From positions 1-46,491 of the forward strand of contig CAXXSM010000008.1 of NCBI GenBank assembly GCA_963663405.2: a stretch of DNA of 46,491 bases, given 5' to 3'. Below, one piece after another: positions 29,553-39,577 of the stretch. The position numbers and the translations under genes were made by a program. Position 1 is the first letter of the stretch. Each line of letters opens with the position of its first letter. This stretch comes from a bacterium. GTDB taxonomy: Bacteria; Hinthialibacterota; Hinthialibacteria; Hinthialibacterales; Hinthialibacteraceae. The notes under the pieces are model-generated. The model searched no databases. It was given only the letters and a program-made list of their open reading frames with translations, and had not been told where the DNA came from.

Positions 29553-30662
29553 ATGAAACGATTGATTCTGCTGTACGTTACTCTTGCGTTATGTATTACC
29601 CCTGGAATCATTCAAGCCCAGGAAGAGATTCGTTGGATCGAGTTTCCTGATTCCATGTTTGAAGTCAATGGGCTTCCCTGGTTCAATGAAAACTCGCCGG
29701 ACTTGTACCGGTTGCCGAAACGGTTGGAGAATGTGGTCCGGCCGCCTGTTTGGGGGCTTGCTAAAAGTCCGAGTGGCGCCAGAATTCGATTCATCAGCGA
29801 TTGTTCCACATTAGGAATCCAACTCGAATATCCCCAGCTTTCCGGTATGCGCAATATGCATACTTTTGGTCAAAGCGGCGTGGATCTGTATACCAATGGA
29901 ATTTATTTTGGAACCGCGATTCATGGCAAAGAGCTAGAGGCTGAATATTTTTATTTCAAAGACGCCTCAGTGGAAAAACGAGAATTCGTTCTCTATCTTC
30001 CTCTTTATAACGGCGTAAAGATCAAAGCGATCGGTGTGAATCCAGAAGCGGTGATTGAAAAAGCAAGGCCCTTCGCTCTACCGAAACCAGTGGTCTATTA
30101 CGGCACCTCAATTACGCAAGGAGGATGCGCCAGCCGTTCGGGAATGAGTTATCAAGCGATTCTAAGCCGCCGTCTCAATCTCGACTTTGTGAATCTGGGA
30201 TTCTCCGGCAATGGGAAAGGTGAGAAAGAACTTGCCCAAGCGGTCGCGGAGATCGACGCGTCATGCTTTGTTCTCGATTTCATGGCGAATAATAAAGACG
30301 CGGAAAGCCTCGCTGAAGTCTATGAACCGTTCGTCCGGATCGTCCGTGAAAAGCATCCAGAGAAACCCATTGTGCTCGTAACCCGCATTTACGCCACCGC
30401 CGAATCGAGAAGCCAAGAAAGCCGCCTAAAAATTGAAGCCAAAAAAGATGTCATTCGTGACACAGCGGCCAAGTTGATCGCGGAAGGCGACACGAATCTA
30501 TACCTAGTGGAAGGTCATTCTCTTCTCGGTCCGGATCTAGGGGATGGCCTGGTTGATGGCTCGCACCCAAACGATCTCGGTTTTCAAGCCATGGCGGATC
30601 GCTTGGCCCCATTTATCGCGCAAATCCTGCGTCTGCCAATCACACGTCCATTGATTCAATAA
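29553..30662 (+). CDS. Secreted SGNH/GDSL hydrolase with GxDLY N-terminal domain
   Basis: GVDLY, YGTSITQG, NLGFSGNG, DGSHPNDLG; RBS and signal peptide at 29553 (ORF track starts at 29487). Confidence 0.9.
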   Translation: MKRLILLYVTLALCITPGIIQAQEEIRWIEFPDSMFEVNGLPWFNENSPDLYRLPKRLENVVRPPVWGLAKSPSGARIRFISDCSTLGIQLEYPQLSGMRNMHTFGQSGVDLYTNGIYFGTAIHGKELEAEYFYFKDASVEKREFVLYLPLYNGVKIKAIGVNPEAVIEKARPFALPKPVVYYGTSITQGGCASRSGMSYQAILSRRLNLDFVNLGFSGNGKGEKELAQAVAEIDASCFVLDFMANNKDAESLAEVYEPFVRIVREKHPEKPIVLVTRIYATAESRSQESRLKIEAKKDVIRDTAAKLIAEGDTNLYLVEGHSLLGPDLGDGLVDGSHPNDLGFQAMADRLAPFIAQILRLPITRPLIQ

Positions 30663-30668
30663 TGGAGC

Positions 30669-30692
30669 GCGGGCGTCCCGCCCGCAAAAAAA
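30669..30692 (-). terminator. GC hairpin with U-tract (intrinsic terminator or REP-like element) between convergent genes
   Basis: GCGGGCG-TCC-CGCCCGC next to A7. On the minus strand the T-run precedes the stem, so terminator polarity is imperfect and a REP-like role is possible. Confidence 0.4.
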
Positions 30693-30732
30693 CAAAATCA
30701 TTTATACCTTTTTCACATATGTCATAAATCAA

Positions 30733-31563
30733 TCAAATACCATAGAATGTACAGGCGTTATTCTCCCAAATATCCTTCTGTTCATCATTGGATAACGCTT
30801 GGATGTATTCACTAGGCGCATTCATAACTCGATCGTACGGCGCCGCGAGAAGACAAACCGGCCAGTCGGAGCCGATCACAATTCGCTTGGTTCCGAAACA
30901 TTCGAAAATTATATCCATGTAAGGATAAAGATCTTCCGGTTTCCAATTGTTTCGATCCGCCTCGGTCACCATGCCGGATACTTTGCAATAGACATTGGGA
31001 CAGGCGGCCAAACGCCGGATCAGCGTCCTCCACGGTTCCATCTTTCGTTCTTTGATTTGCGGTTTCGCAATATGATCGACGATGAAGAGCTGTTCGGGAA
31101 ACCGCTGACAGGTTTGAATCGCACCTTCGATCTGTGGGGGCCGGATCAAAAGATCGTAAGTGAGACCGCGCCGTTTCAGATGCTCGATCCCTCGTTGAAA
31201 ATGATCTCCAAGGATATAGCAATCATCCGGTTCGTCATGCAGAACATGCCGCACGCCGCGCAGTTTCTTCCGCTGGGAAAACCGCTCTAATTGCTCGTTA
31301 ATTTTGGAATCACATAGATCGACCCAACCCACAACACCGGCGATAAATGGATTCGAATCCGCCAAATCCAAAAGCCATTCGGTCTCTTCCAACGTCTGCC
31401 GGGCTTGGACCGCGATTGTATGAGTGACGCCTTGCGCGTCAATAAGGGGCTTAAGATCTTGTGGAAGATAATCCCGCTTCAGAATATCCATCCCCGATCC
31501 AATCCAACGGTACTCTTCTTCACTGTATTTCCAGAAATGTTGATGGGTGTCGATCTTACGCAT
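30733..31563 (-). CDS. Amidohydrolase family sugar lactonase (L-fuconolactonase-like)
   Basis: IDTHQHFW, VQARQ, GVRH, DHIAKP, CKVSG, GSDWPV. Confidence 0.88.
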   Translation of the reverse strand: MRKIDTHQHFWKYSEEEYRWIGSGMDILKRDYLPQDLKPLIDAQGVTHTIAVQARQTLEETEWLLDLADSNPFIAGVVGWVDLCDSKINEQLERFSQRKKLRGVRHVLHDEPDDCYILGDHFQRGIEHLKRRGLTYDLLIRPPQIEGAIQTCQRFPEQLFIVDHIAKPQIKERKMEPWRTLIRRLAACPNVYCKVSGMVTEADRNNWKPEDLYPYMDIIFECFGTKRIVIGSDWPVCLLAAPYDRVMNAPSEYIQALSNDEQKDIWENNACTFYGI

Positions 31564-31594
31564 GTCTACGATCTCCTTCTTGAAATTATGCGCA

Positions 31595-32614
31595 TTACGT
31601 CCAATCCACTACAGCTTTCAATACACCGGCGTTAGGATTGAGCCATGTTGGGAACTGTTCGATCAACGCATCCCGCGTGGCCCAGTGGGTAATCCACGGC
31701 GCAAGATCGATTCGGCCTTCTTCCAATAAAGACAGGATGCGCGTAAAGTCTTTTGGCGTAGCATTGCGGCTGCCCCGCAAGGTCAGTTCACGCTTGTGAA
31801 AGTTCGGATCGCTGAATGTCAAATCACCGGGAAATGTGCCAACCATCGTATAGCGCCCCCCGTGCGCCACATAATTAAACGCAGCGGCCATCGATTGAGC
31901 GGAGCCGGTACAATCGATTACGGCGGTTGGAAGATCTCCATTATTGAAGGCTTCCAATTGAGGAACGATGGCTTCCTTCGCGTCAATGAAACGATCTACT
32001 TTCATTACGTCACGGCAAAACGCCCTCCGGTTCTCATTGATCTCCAAAATGGTCACCCGCGCTTCCGCGATTAGCGCGAATACTAAAACAGTCAGACCAA
32101 TGGGCCCCGCGCCGATGATGAGCGTGTTCTCTCCCGGTTTTAATTCTGTGCGATCGACGGCGTGCGAGCCGATTCCCAACGTTTCCACAAGGGCGAGATG
32201 ACTATAATCAAGAGTATTGGATTTGTGCAGTTTTTGTATGGGAACCGTGAGAAAATCCTGCATCCCGCCATCGATATGCACGCCTAATACTTCAATATCC
32301 ATACAGCAGTTGGATTTCCCTGCGTAGCAGGCGATACACGCGCCACAGTTGAAATAAGGTTCAACCGCGCACCGGTCCCCAACGGATAATCCCGCGCTAT
32401 TTTTACCAATCGCTGCGATCTCTACTCCTAATTCATGTCCGAGAATGCGGGGATACGTGAAAAAGATCTGTTTCCCTTCATACGCGTGTAAATCAGTGCC
32501 GCAGATGCCAATGCAATGAATCTTGACGACTGCGCAGCCTTCGGGGGGCGCGCCCGGTGGTTCTTTATCAATCCACGAAAATCGGCCCGGTTCCGTAAGT
32601 TCAATCGCTTTCAC
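31595..32614 (-). CDS. Zinc-binding alcohol dehydrogenase (L-galactonate dehydrogenase-like)
   Basis: GICGTDLH, YPRILGHE, CxxCxxC...C, GAGPIG, SRNAT. Confidence 0.9.
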   Translation of the reverse strand: MKAIELTEPGRFSWIDKEPPGAPPEGCAVVKIHCIGICGTDLHAYEGKQIFFTYPRILGHELGVEIAAIGKNSAGLSVGDRCAVEPYFNCGACIACYAGKSNCCMDIEVLGVHIDGGMQDFLTVPIQKLHKSNTLDYSHLALVETLGIGSHAVDRTELKPGENTLIIGAGPIGLTVLVFALIAEARVTILEINENRRAFCRDVMKVDRFIDAKEAIVPQLEAFNNGDLPTAVIDCTGSAQSMAAAFNYVAHGGRYTMVGTFPGDLTFSDPNFHKRELTLRGSRNATPKDFTRILSLLEEGRIDLAPWITHWATRDALIEQFPTWLNPNAGVLKAVVDWT

Positions 32615-32728
32615 AATCGATAACGTCTCCTGTGTTTTTGATGATTAAAGATCGTCTTAATCGGTCCATTCTATAATTGAGAATAAAAATACATTTGGGT
32701 TATTACGCTCTTTGTTTAGAATGGCGTA

Positions 32729-32845
32729 ATTGTCTGAACCATGATTCTAAGGATTATAGGATTACCATGATTAAAAATCTAGAAAATCAAGCGAATCAAG
32801 TAAGACACCGCCAACTGGCTGACTTTTTATCAAGGTTCAGACAAT
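32729..32845. repeat. 117-bp palindromic intergenic element (REP/MITE-like) with internal GATT repeats
   Basis: 17-bp IR ATTGTCTGAACC(A/T)TGAT with one mismatch at 32729-32745 and 32829-32845. Confidence 0.7.
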
Positions 32846-33039
32846 GGAGAATCCCGCAAAGTAACGCATAGCTTTAAAATATGAATGGATTGACTCACTT
32901 GCCGGATGAACCTTATAACACCTGAGGTCAATGAACAGAGTTAAAATAAATCATACGCGCCTGTATCCCTATACTTCCACGAAATGTAAAATCATTCTAT
33001 ACAAAGGCATCATTCCTAATTTCCGAAAGGAAAGCAAAA

Positions 33040-35043
33040 ATGAAAAAACAAGCGTGGTTTCTCTTTTTCCTGCTTATTGGCTGTTTTTCTATTCCACTTG
33101 GATTTACGTTGGATTTTCCGGGACCTGATATAGGAGTGGCGCAGGGCCGTTGCGCGGATGGTATACTCGAATTATCGAATAACGCAATCTCTTGCCAATG
33201 GCGTTGTACGGATGGGCGCCTCGATCCATTGCGAGTCACGGACCGGCTAACGGGAATGAAGATTTCACTGCAAAGCGCCGATCTATTCCGCTTAACATTG
33301 GAAGATGATCGGATTCTTTCTTCCAATGACTTAAAGGTAATCAATGAACCGGTCCTGGAAGCGTTGAAATCCGAACCCAGCGCATCCAACTTGGCGCGCC
33401 GTTTTCCAGGGCGTCAAATCACCGTACGGCTTACCTCAGATGATGGAAAGTTGATTGCTATTTGGCGTGCGATTCTGCGCGATGGCGCGAACGCGATCCG
33501 GCAGGAGATTGAATTCACAGCAGTCGATGAAGAACTCCTTGTGAAGGATATCCGCTTGGTGAAACTTCCTTCCCCAGGCGTTCAAGTGATCGGTAGCGTT
33601 CCCGGTTCGCCCATCGTTTTAGGAAACTTGTTCTTCGCGTATGAGCATCCAAACGCTATTGGAACAGTTTCAGAAAACCATGCCGAGTGCGCGCTGAACT
33701 TGCATGTTTGTTTAAAGCCCGGTCAGCCATTCACCCAGTCCTGCGTAATCGGCGTTGTTCCAGAAGGGCAGCGGCGGCGGGGATTTCTGTACTATGTAGA
33801 ACGCGAACGGGCGCATCCCTACCGCCCGTTTCTGCACTATAACTCCTGGTACGATATCAGCTGGGGAGGGATTAAAAACCGGGAGGATGAATGCCTTAGA
33901 GTTATCAATATATTTGGACATGAATTGATCGAAAAACGGGATGTAGAATTAGCTTCTTTCGTGTGGGACGATGGATGGGATGACCCAAAAACTCTCTGGC
34001 GCGCGGTGAAAAGGAATTACCCCAATGGATTTATCAATATCCTTGCGGCCGCCCGGAACTATAACACGACGCTTGGATTTTGGATGTCTCCATTTGGTGG
34101 ATATGGGAACGCCGCCAAAGATCGTTTCAAATACGGCGAAGAACAGGGATTCGAATTTAAGGATGGTCGATTCGCATTGGCTGGGCCGAAATACTACGCC
34201 CGGTTTCTCGAGACCTGTACCCGTATGATCGAAACGAACGGCTCGAATTTCTTCAAATTTGATGGATTGACACGCGATGTCGCCGAAACGGAAGCGATGC
34301 TGAAACTCACCCGCGAACTCCGGCGCCTCCGGCCTGATCTGTTTGTGAGTATCACCACCGGCACATGGCCGTCTCCCTACTGGCTTTGGTACGGGGATTC
34401 AACATGGCGTGGGCGTCATGATATGGGGCTGCACGGCGCCGGTTCCAAACGCGAACAATGGATCACCTACCGCGACATGGTGACCTATCAAGATGTCGTT
34501 TGCAAAGCGCCCCTGTACCCCATCAATTCATTAATGAACCAGGGCATCGCGCAAGCCCGGTACGGTTTGGCGTCAGAGATTGGAGACGCGCGGGAGGAAA
34601 TCCGCCACGAAATCCGATCCTTCTTCGCTTGTGGAACATGCCTGCAGGAACTTTACATCACGCCCGAACGATTGACCGCGGCCGATTGGGACGATCTGGC
34701 CGAAGGAGCCAAATGGTCGATGGAGAACGCCGATGTTCTCGCCGACACGCATTGGATCGGAGGCGATCCCGGCAAGGGAGAAATATACGGCTGGGCGTCA
34801 TGGTCAAAACACAAAGGGATTCTAGCCCTGCGCAATCCCAGCGAGAATCCGTCATCAATAAGCGTTGATATTGAAACCGCGTTTGAACTGCCTCAAGAAG
34901 CTCTCACAAAATATACGCTAAAAAGCCCCTGGAAATCGGACCATGATTTACCAGAAATCTCAGTTGAAGCCGGATCGCTGCGTACCTTCAAATTGAAACC
35001 ATTCGAAGTCCTTGTCTACGACGCGATTCCTATTGCGGACTGA
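33040..35043 (+). CDS. Secreted glycoside hydrolase-like protein (clan GH-D/alpha-galactosidase-like TIM barrel)
   Basis: Signal peptide; YNSWYD, FVWDDGWD, FWMSPFGGY, FFKFDG. Confidence 0.65.
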   Translation: MKKQAWFLFFLLIGCFSIPLGFTLDFPGPDIGVAQGRCADGILELSNNAISCQWRCTDGRLDPLRVTDRLTGMKISLQSADLFRLTLEDDRILSSNDLKVINEPVLEALKSEPSASNLARRFPGRQITVRLTSDDGKLIAIWRAILRDGANAIRQEIEFTAVDEELLVKDIRLVKLPSPGVQVIGSVPGSPIVLGNLFFAYEHPNAIGTVSENHAECALNLHVCLKPGQPFTQSCVIGVVPEGQRRRGFLYYVERERAHPYRPFLHYNSWYDISWGGIKNREDECLRVINIFGHELIEKRDVELASFVWDDGWDDPKTLWRAVKRNYPNGFINILAAARNYNTTLGFWMSPFGGYGNAAKDRFKYGEEQGFEFKDGRFALAGPKYYARFLETCTRMIETNGSNFFKFDGLTRDVAETEAMLKLTRELRRLRPDLFVSITTGTWPSPYWLWYGDSTWRGRHDMGLHGAGSKREQWITYRDMVTYQDVVCKAPLYPINSLMNQGIAQARYGLASEIGDAREEIRHEIRSFFACGTCLQELYITPERLTAADWDDLAEGAKWSMENADVLADTHWIGGDPGKGEIYGWASWSKHKGILALRNPSENPSSISVDIETAFELPQEALTKYTLKSPWKSDHDLPEISVEAGSLRTFKLKPFEVLVYDAIPIAD

Positions 35044-35151
35044 TAGAATATTTATAAATTAGACGATAAAAAAAACAATACCTCTTGCAGAATATCCTGC
35101 ATTCGAAAGTCCAGCAGTATCATGGTATTTAATATACTTAACTAAGATGGT

Positions 35152-35193
35152 ATCCTATTAATCCTTAAATCCTGTCAATCCTGATTCTGACAA
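35152..35193. repeat. Half element of the same repeat family: (ATCCTnnnn)x4 followed by CTGACAA
   Basis: atcctatta-atccttaa-atcctgtca-atcctgatt-ctgacaa resembles the reverse complement of the left arm at 32729. Confidence 0.55.
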
Positions 35194-35211
35194 ACACATA
35201 AATACAAATAA

Positions 35212-36027
35212 ATGACAATCAATTTAAAAAAAGTAAACGCGTTTCTATTAGATCTGGATGGCACTCTCTATCTGGGCTCAAAACTTTTTCCATCAACGTT
35301 GGATTTTCTAGCTGTACTGCGAAGAGCAGGGAAGAAGCGGTTGTTTTTAACGAACAACTCCTTTTTCAGCACAACCCAATACTTGAAAAAACTGAACGAT
35401 TTGGGATTCGAAGCGTCCAAAGAGGAAATTCTCACTTCCGGCTGGGCCGCGATTCATTATTTGTTGAACGAGACTCCATATAGGAAAATCTATTTGCTGG
35501 GATCTCACGCGCTCAGTCAAGAATTCATGGATTCAGGATTGACGGTTGTCAATCACCTTCATCCCGATTCAGAGCCAGAGACGAAACCGGACGCGGTTGT
35601 ATTGGGATTCGACCGGGGATTTACCTATAATAAACTGCGGATTGCTTCCTGGCTTCTTTTGGAAGGGATTCCCTACATCTCCACGCATCCAGACAAAGTC
35701 TGCCCCACCGAAACTGCGCCGATTCCCGACACAGGAGCGTTGATCGAGTATTTTCACGCAGTAACCGGCCGCCGCCCGGTTGTCATCGGCAAACCATACG
35801 CCACCATGATACGCGCCGCGCTGGCCAGGACAGACACAAGCCCGCAGGAAACAGCGATGGTAGGGGACCGCCTCTATACAGACATGCGCATGGCGAAAGA
35901 AGGCGGCTTGATCTCGATCCTGACGCTATCAGGAGAAACCCGCCGCGAGTCTCTTAAAGACGCTGATTTACAACCGGATTGCATTATCGAAGATGTTGGT
36001 GAATTAGCGAGGATCATTCAATCATAG
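35212..36027 (+). CDS. HAD-IIA family hydrolase (NagD-like)
   Basis: DLDGTLY, LTNNS, IGKP, VGDRLYTD, LSGET. Confidence 0.93.
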   Translation: MTINLKKVNAFLLDLDGTLYLGSKLFPSTLDFLAVLRRAGKKRLFLTNNSFFSTTQYLKKLNDLGFEASKEEILTSGWAAIHYLLNETPYRKIYLLGSHALSQEFMDSGLTVVNHLHPDSEPETKPDAVVLGFDRGFTYNKLRIASWLLLEGIPYISTHPDKVCPTETAPIPDTGALIEYFHAVTGRRPVVIGKPYATMIRAALARTDTSPQETAMVGDRLYTDMRMAKEGGLISILTLSGETRRESLKDADLQPDCIIEDVGELARIIQS

Positions 36028-37271
36028 CGAAGGTATTTCTTCCGGATTTCCAAAAACCGTTTCGGCCCTTCTTCCGCGGTCTTAAGTATGGCGTCTGCGC
36101 CGGCGCCCTCGTTCAGCATGGCGCGAAGGTTCTCATTCCCCCACAGTTTATCGAGGTGCTTCCGGAGTTGAAATTCTTCGGGATACAACTTGCGCGTGGC
36201 GCAGAGAAGAGAGACAGCGAGAGGAATGGGACGCAGCGCCTCACGATCTGTCACATGTAAATGAATCCCTTGGCAGGCCTTATTTTTATATTTTGGATTG
36301 TTCACTTTTTCGGGAATGGCGGCCGGAGTGAATTGAACCGGTTCGGCTTTGATTCCTTTCAAGACGGTATCAGGGATTTCTTTCAACCACTCTTTCCCAT
36401 TGATATAAGGCGCGCCAACGATTAGAAAAGGCGCGTCTGTCCCACGTCCTTCCGCGATATTACAGCCTTCAAACAGGCACATGCCAGGATACACAATCGC
36501 CGTTTCCAGCGTTTGCATATTGGGTGAAGGAGCCGTCCAAGGCAGACCGGTTTCATCATACCACATCCCACGCTCATAACCGCTCATTTCGATGACGGTC
36601 AGATCGGCGCCGATCGCGAATCCACCATAGGTTTCATTGTTAAACAACTCCGCGAGTTCTCCCACAGTCATACCATAGCGGACGGGAAGCGGCATAACGC
36701 CGACAAAACTGCTGAATACTGGATTGGTCACTTCCCCTTCCACGATATCCGCGTTGATGGGATTGGGACGGTCCAAAACGATAATGGGAATCCCCTCACG
36801 TTTAGCGGCGCACATCGCAAGGAAAAGATTGGACACAAACGTATAAAACTTTACGCCAACATCTTGGATGTCATAGATCAACACATCTACGTTTTCCAAC
36901 ATCTTGGGCGTAGGTGTTAAATTCGAACCATAAATACTGAATAACTGAATCCCGGCCAGTTTATCGTTCTCAATCGAAGCGCCGTCTTCCACATTGCCCT
37001 GAAATCCATGTTCCGGCCCAAACAAGGTGGTGATTTTTGCGTGTTTTGATAGAACATCAACAATATGCCGGCCCTTCGAATCGAGCGAAGTGTGATTGGC
37101 GATGATCCCCAACCGCTTGTTTTCGATCAGATCCAAGTGATTCTCAACCAGATTTTCCAATCCCAGTTTCACAGCGCAACCTCCAGTTTGAACTGCGATG
37201 AGAAGCGAGAAGATAAGAAACAATCCAGTGAGACAGAAAACGTATCTTTTACTTACAAACATTCTTTTCAT
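36018..37271 (-). CDS. namZ: DUF1343 / exo-beta-N-acetylmuramidase NamZ family
   Basis: IIANHTS, FGPEHG, YDIQDVG, LDRPNP, GMTVGELA, PSPNM, EGRGT. Confidence 0.88.
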   Translation of the reverse strand: MKRMFVSKRYVFCLTGLFLIFSLLIAVQTGGCAVKLGLENLVENHLDLIENKRLGIIANHTSLDSKGRHIVDVLSKHAKITTLFGPEHGFQGNVEDGASIENDKLAGIQLFSIYGSNLTPTPKMLENVDVLIYDIQDVGVKFYTFVSNLFLAMCAAKREGIPIIVLDRPNPINADIVEGEVTNPVFSSFVGVMPLPVRYGMTVGELAELFNNETYGGFAIGADLTVIEMSGYERGMWYDETGLPWTAPSPNMQTLETAIVYPGMCLFEGCNIAEGRGTDAPFLIVGAPYINGKEWLKEIPDTVLKGIKAEPVQFTPAAIPEKVNNPKYKNKACQGIHLHVTDREALRPIPLAVSLLCATRKLYPEEFQLRKHLDKLWGNENLRAMLNEGAGADAILKTAEEGPKRFLEIRKKYLRYD

Positions 37272-37379
37272 GTAAACATATCCTTTTATGAATGATTTTC
37301 GTTGAGTACGTTGTATACGAATTTTCGATGGAATGGAAGATATGGTTTGTAGATGAGTTCAGATTTCATTTGGAATGTA

Positions 37380-38576
37380 TCACTCCACATCTTGATATTG
37401 CGATCGGATTTCTTTGAAATCTTCTTCGGCGAGAAAAAACGCGTCAACAATTGCTGGATCGAAGTGGGTTTTTCTCCCATCAAGAATAATCTCACGGCTT
37501 TTCTCATGGGAAAAGGCGTCTTTATAACAACGCTTAGAGGTCAGCGCGTCGTAGACGTCCGCCAAGGCGATAATCCGCCCCGCCAGGGGGATTTTTTCTC
37601 CCGCGCGTTGAAACGGATATCCCGATCCGTCCCATCGTTCATGATGGTTTTCAGCGATATCGATTCCTCGTTTAATAAATTCGTTGTTGGGATGTTTGTT
37701 AAGCACTTCCCGCAGTGTATTCGCTCCAAGCAATGTATGCTGTTTCATGATCGACATTTCTTCATTCGTAAGCCGCCCCGGTTTTTGCAGCACCGCGTCC
37801 GGGATGCTGACTTTGCCAATGTCATGCAGTGGGCTGGCATAGTAGATATGTTCAATATATGTGTCTGTAAGAATCGATGTATATTTATCCTTGGCGCGCA
37901 ATTGGTTACATAATACTCTCGAGTATTCTTGGATACGTTCGAGATGAGAGCCAGTGTCTTCATCCCGTGACTCGGCTAATTTAGAGAGCGCGAAGATGAT
38001 GGAATGATGAGATTCGGCGATCTCCTGGGTTTGTTCATCAATCTGGGTTTCCAGGATGGAGTTGTATTTCTCCACAAGCGTCCGGTATTGCTTTTCCGTA
38101 TCCAGCGATGTTTTCCGTTCAATGCAGGATTGAACGCGAGCGATGAGCAGCGTCGGTTCAATAGGTTTGACAAAATAATCCATCGCGCCAAGGCTGATAC
38201 ATTCCACAATCTTTTCCATATTGCTGACGGAGGAAATAATAATGACGGGCACTTTATCCAAAATCCCATCCGCTTTCATCCTCCTCAAAACTTGGAATCC
38301 ATCCACACGTGGCATAAGGATATCAAGCAGAATTAAATCGGGCAGTTTTTTCGTGATCATATTCAAGGCGATAAGACCATCTTCAGCCAGCACAGGATGA
38401 TGACCTAAAGCGGTCATGATTTTTCTTAACACCTGCCGGTTAAATTCACTGTCATCCACGATCAAAATGGTGGATGATTTCTGCCCTTTTAAAGAGGATA
38501 TGATGCTCTTCGTTTTTACCATTTCAAAAACACTCTCACATGAAGCGGCGCCTATCATGGAATGACTGAAAAACAA
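37380..38576 (-). CDS. Response regulator with HD-GYP c-di-GMP phosphodiesterase domain (RpfG-like)
   Basis: REC domain (IVDD, LLDILMP, KP); LHDIGK, HHERWDGSGYP, ADVYDAL. Confidence 0.93.
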   Translation of the reverse strand: MFFSHSMIGAASCESVFEMVKTKSIISSLKGQKSSTILIVDDSEFNRQVLRKIMTALGHHPVLAEDGLIALNMITKKLPDLILLDILMPRVDGFQVLRRMKADGILDKVPVIIISSVSNMEKIVECISLGAMDYFVKPIEPTLLIARVQSCIERKTSLDTEKQYRTLVEKYNSILETQIDEQTQEIAESHHSIIFALSKLAESRDEDTGSHLERIQEYSRVLCNQLRAKDKYTSILTDTYIEHIYYASPLHDIGKVSIPDAVLQKPGRLTNEEMSIMKQHTLLGANTLREVLNKHPNNEFIKRGIDIAENHHERWDGSGYPFQRAGEKIPLAGRIIALADVYDALTSKRCYKDAFSHEKSREIILDGRKTHFDPAIVDAFFLAEEDFKEIRSQYQDVE

Positions 38577-38914
38577 ATCCCGCTACAGAATACAAAATAT
38601 TTATCACCTGCTCAAGGGAATACAAAATAGAATTCCATCTTTTTAGATTTAATCCATTAATTCAACAATATGATCCTCTATCAAGAGAATTGAATTTTTT
38701 GACGATAAAATCCATACTTTCAGATACGATCCATTTTATACTTTGATGCTCAGATAGCTCCTTATTTTATTCGAACAATCATGCTATATATGAGTTTATT
38801 TGAATTCGATTCTTGTTAAGAATAAAATGTAGATGGTTTTAGGGGAGCGGAACAGAAGAAAAAGTCTGTATCAATAATGGTTAAAAGAAACTCTTTTGTG
38901 TCGGAGGAATCAGT

Positions 38915-39538
38915 ATGAATGATCATCGAGTCAGAAATGGAAGTAGCGGTTTTACACTGATTGAACTTCTCATTGTCGTTGCGATCATTGGGATTCTGGC
39001 GGCGATCGCCGTCCCGAATTTCTTAAATGCGCAAATCCGCGCTAAGATCGCGAAAACCGAAGGGGAAATGCAATCCTTTGTTACGGCGTGTGAAATGTAT
39101 CGTGTCGATCATGGCCGGTATTTTCCCCACGCTGGATTCCCGGATAGCGTGATCCATGTCCCCTGGCAGAATAAATATTTAACCACTCCGATCGCTTATT
39201 TTTCCTCGCAACCCCGTGATCTGTTTCAAGATTTACCGGAACCGGATTCAACGGCCTGGAACCTTACGTTTGGAATGTATCATCTGGAGAACATCTATCA
39301 TTCGGATGGCTCTTTTTACGCCTCTGGCGCCATGGATCCCCGGCTTCGGGTACCGAATAATCCGGCGGACGTAGCGCGGGCGCTCGCAGGACGGCCACAT
39401 TCCTATGAACTTTGGAGCGTCGGTCCCAATCATGTGCTCGATTATAATGTGTCCGGAAGCGGCATTCAGGGATTCATCTACTACCGATCCAGCAACGGAA
39501 CCACAAGTACAGGTGATATTGTCTGGATCCGGCCATAA
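38915..39538 (+). CDS. Prepilin-type N-terminal cleavage/methylation domain protein
   Basis: GFTLIELLIVVAIIGILAAIAVPNF; RBS GGAGG. Confidence 0.9.
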   Translation: MNDHRVRNGSSGFTLIELLIVVAIIGILAAIAVPNFLNAQIRAKIAKTEGEMQSFVTACEMYRVDHGRYFPHAGFPDSVIHVPWQNKYLTTPIAYFSSQPRDLFQDLPEPDSTAWNLTFGMYHLENIYHSDGSFYASGAMDPRLRVPNNPADVARALAGRPHSYELWSVGPNHVLDYNVSGSGIQGFIYYRSSNGTTSTGDIVWIRP

Positions 39539-39577
39539 TTATGAAAAGAATTGACGAGTGGCAAGGAGGAATTATTT

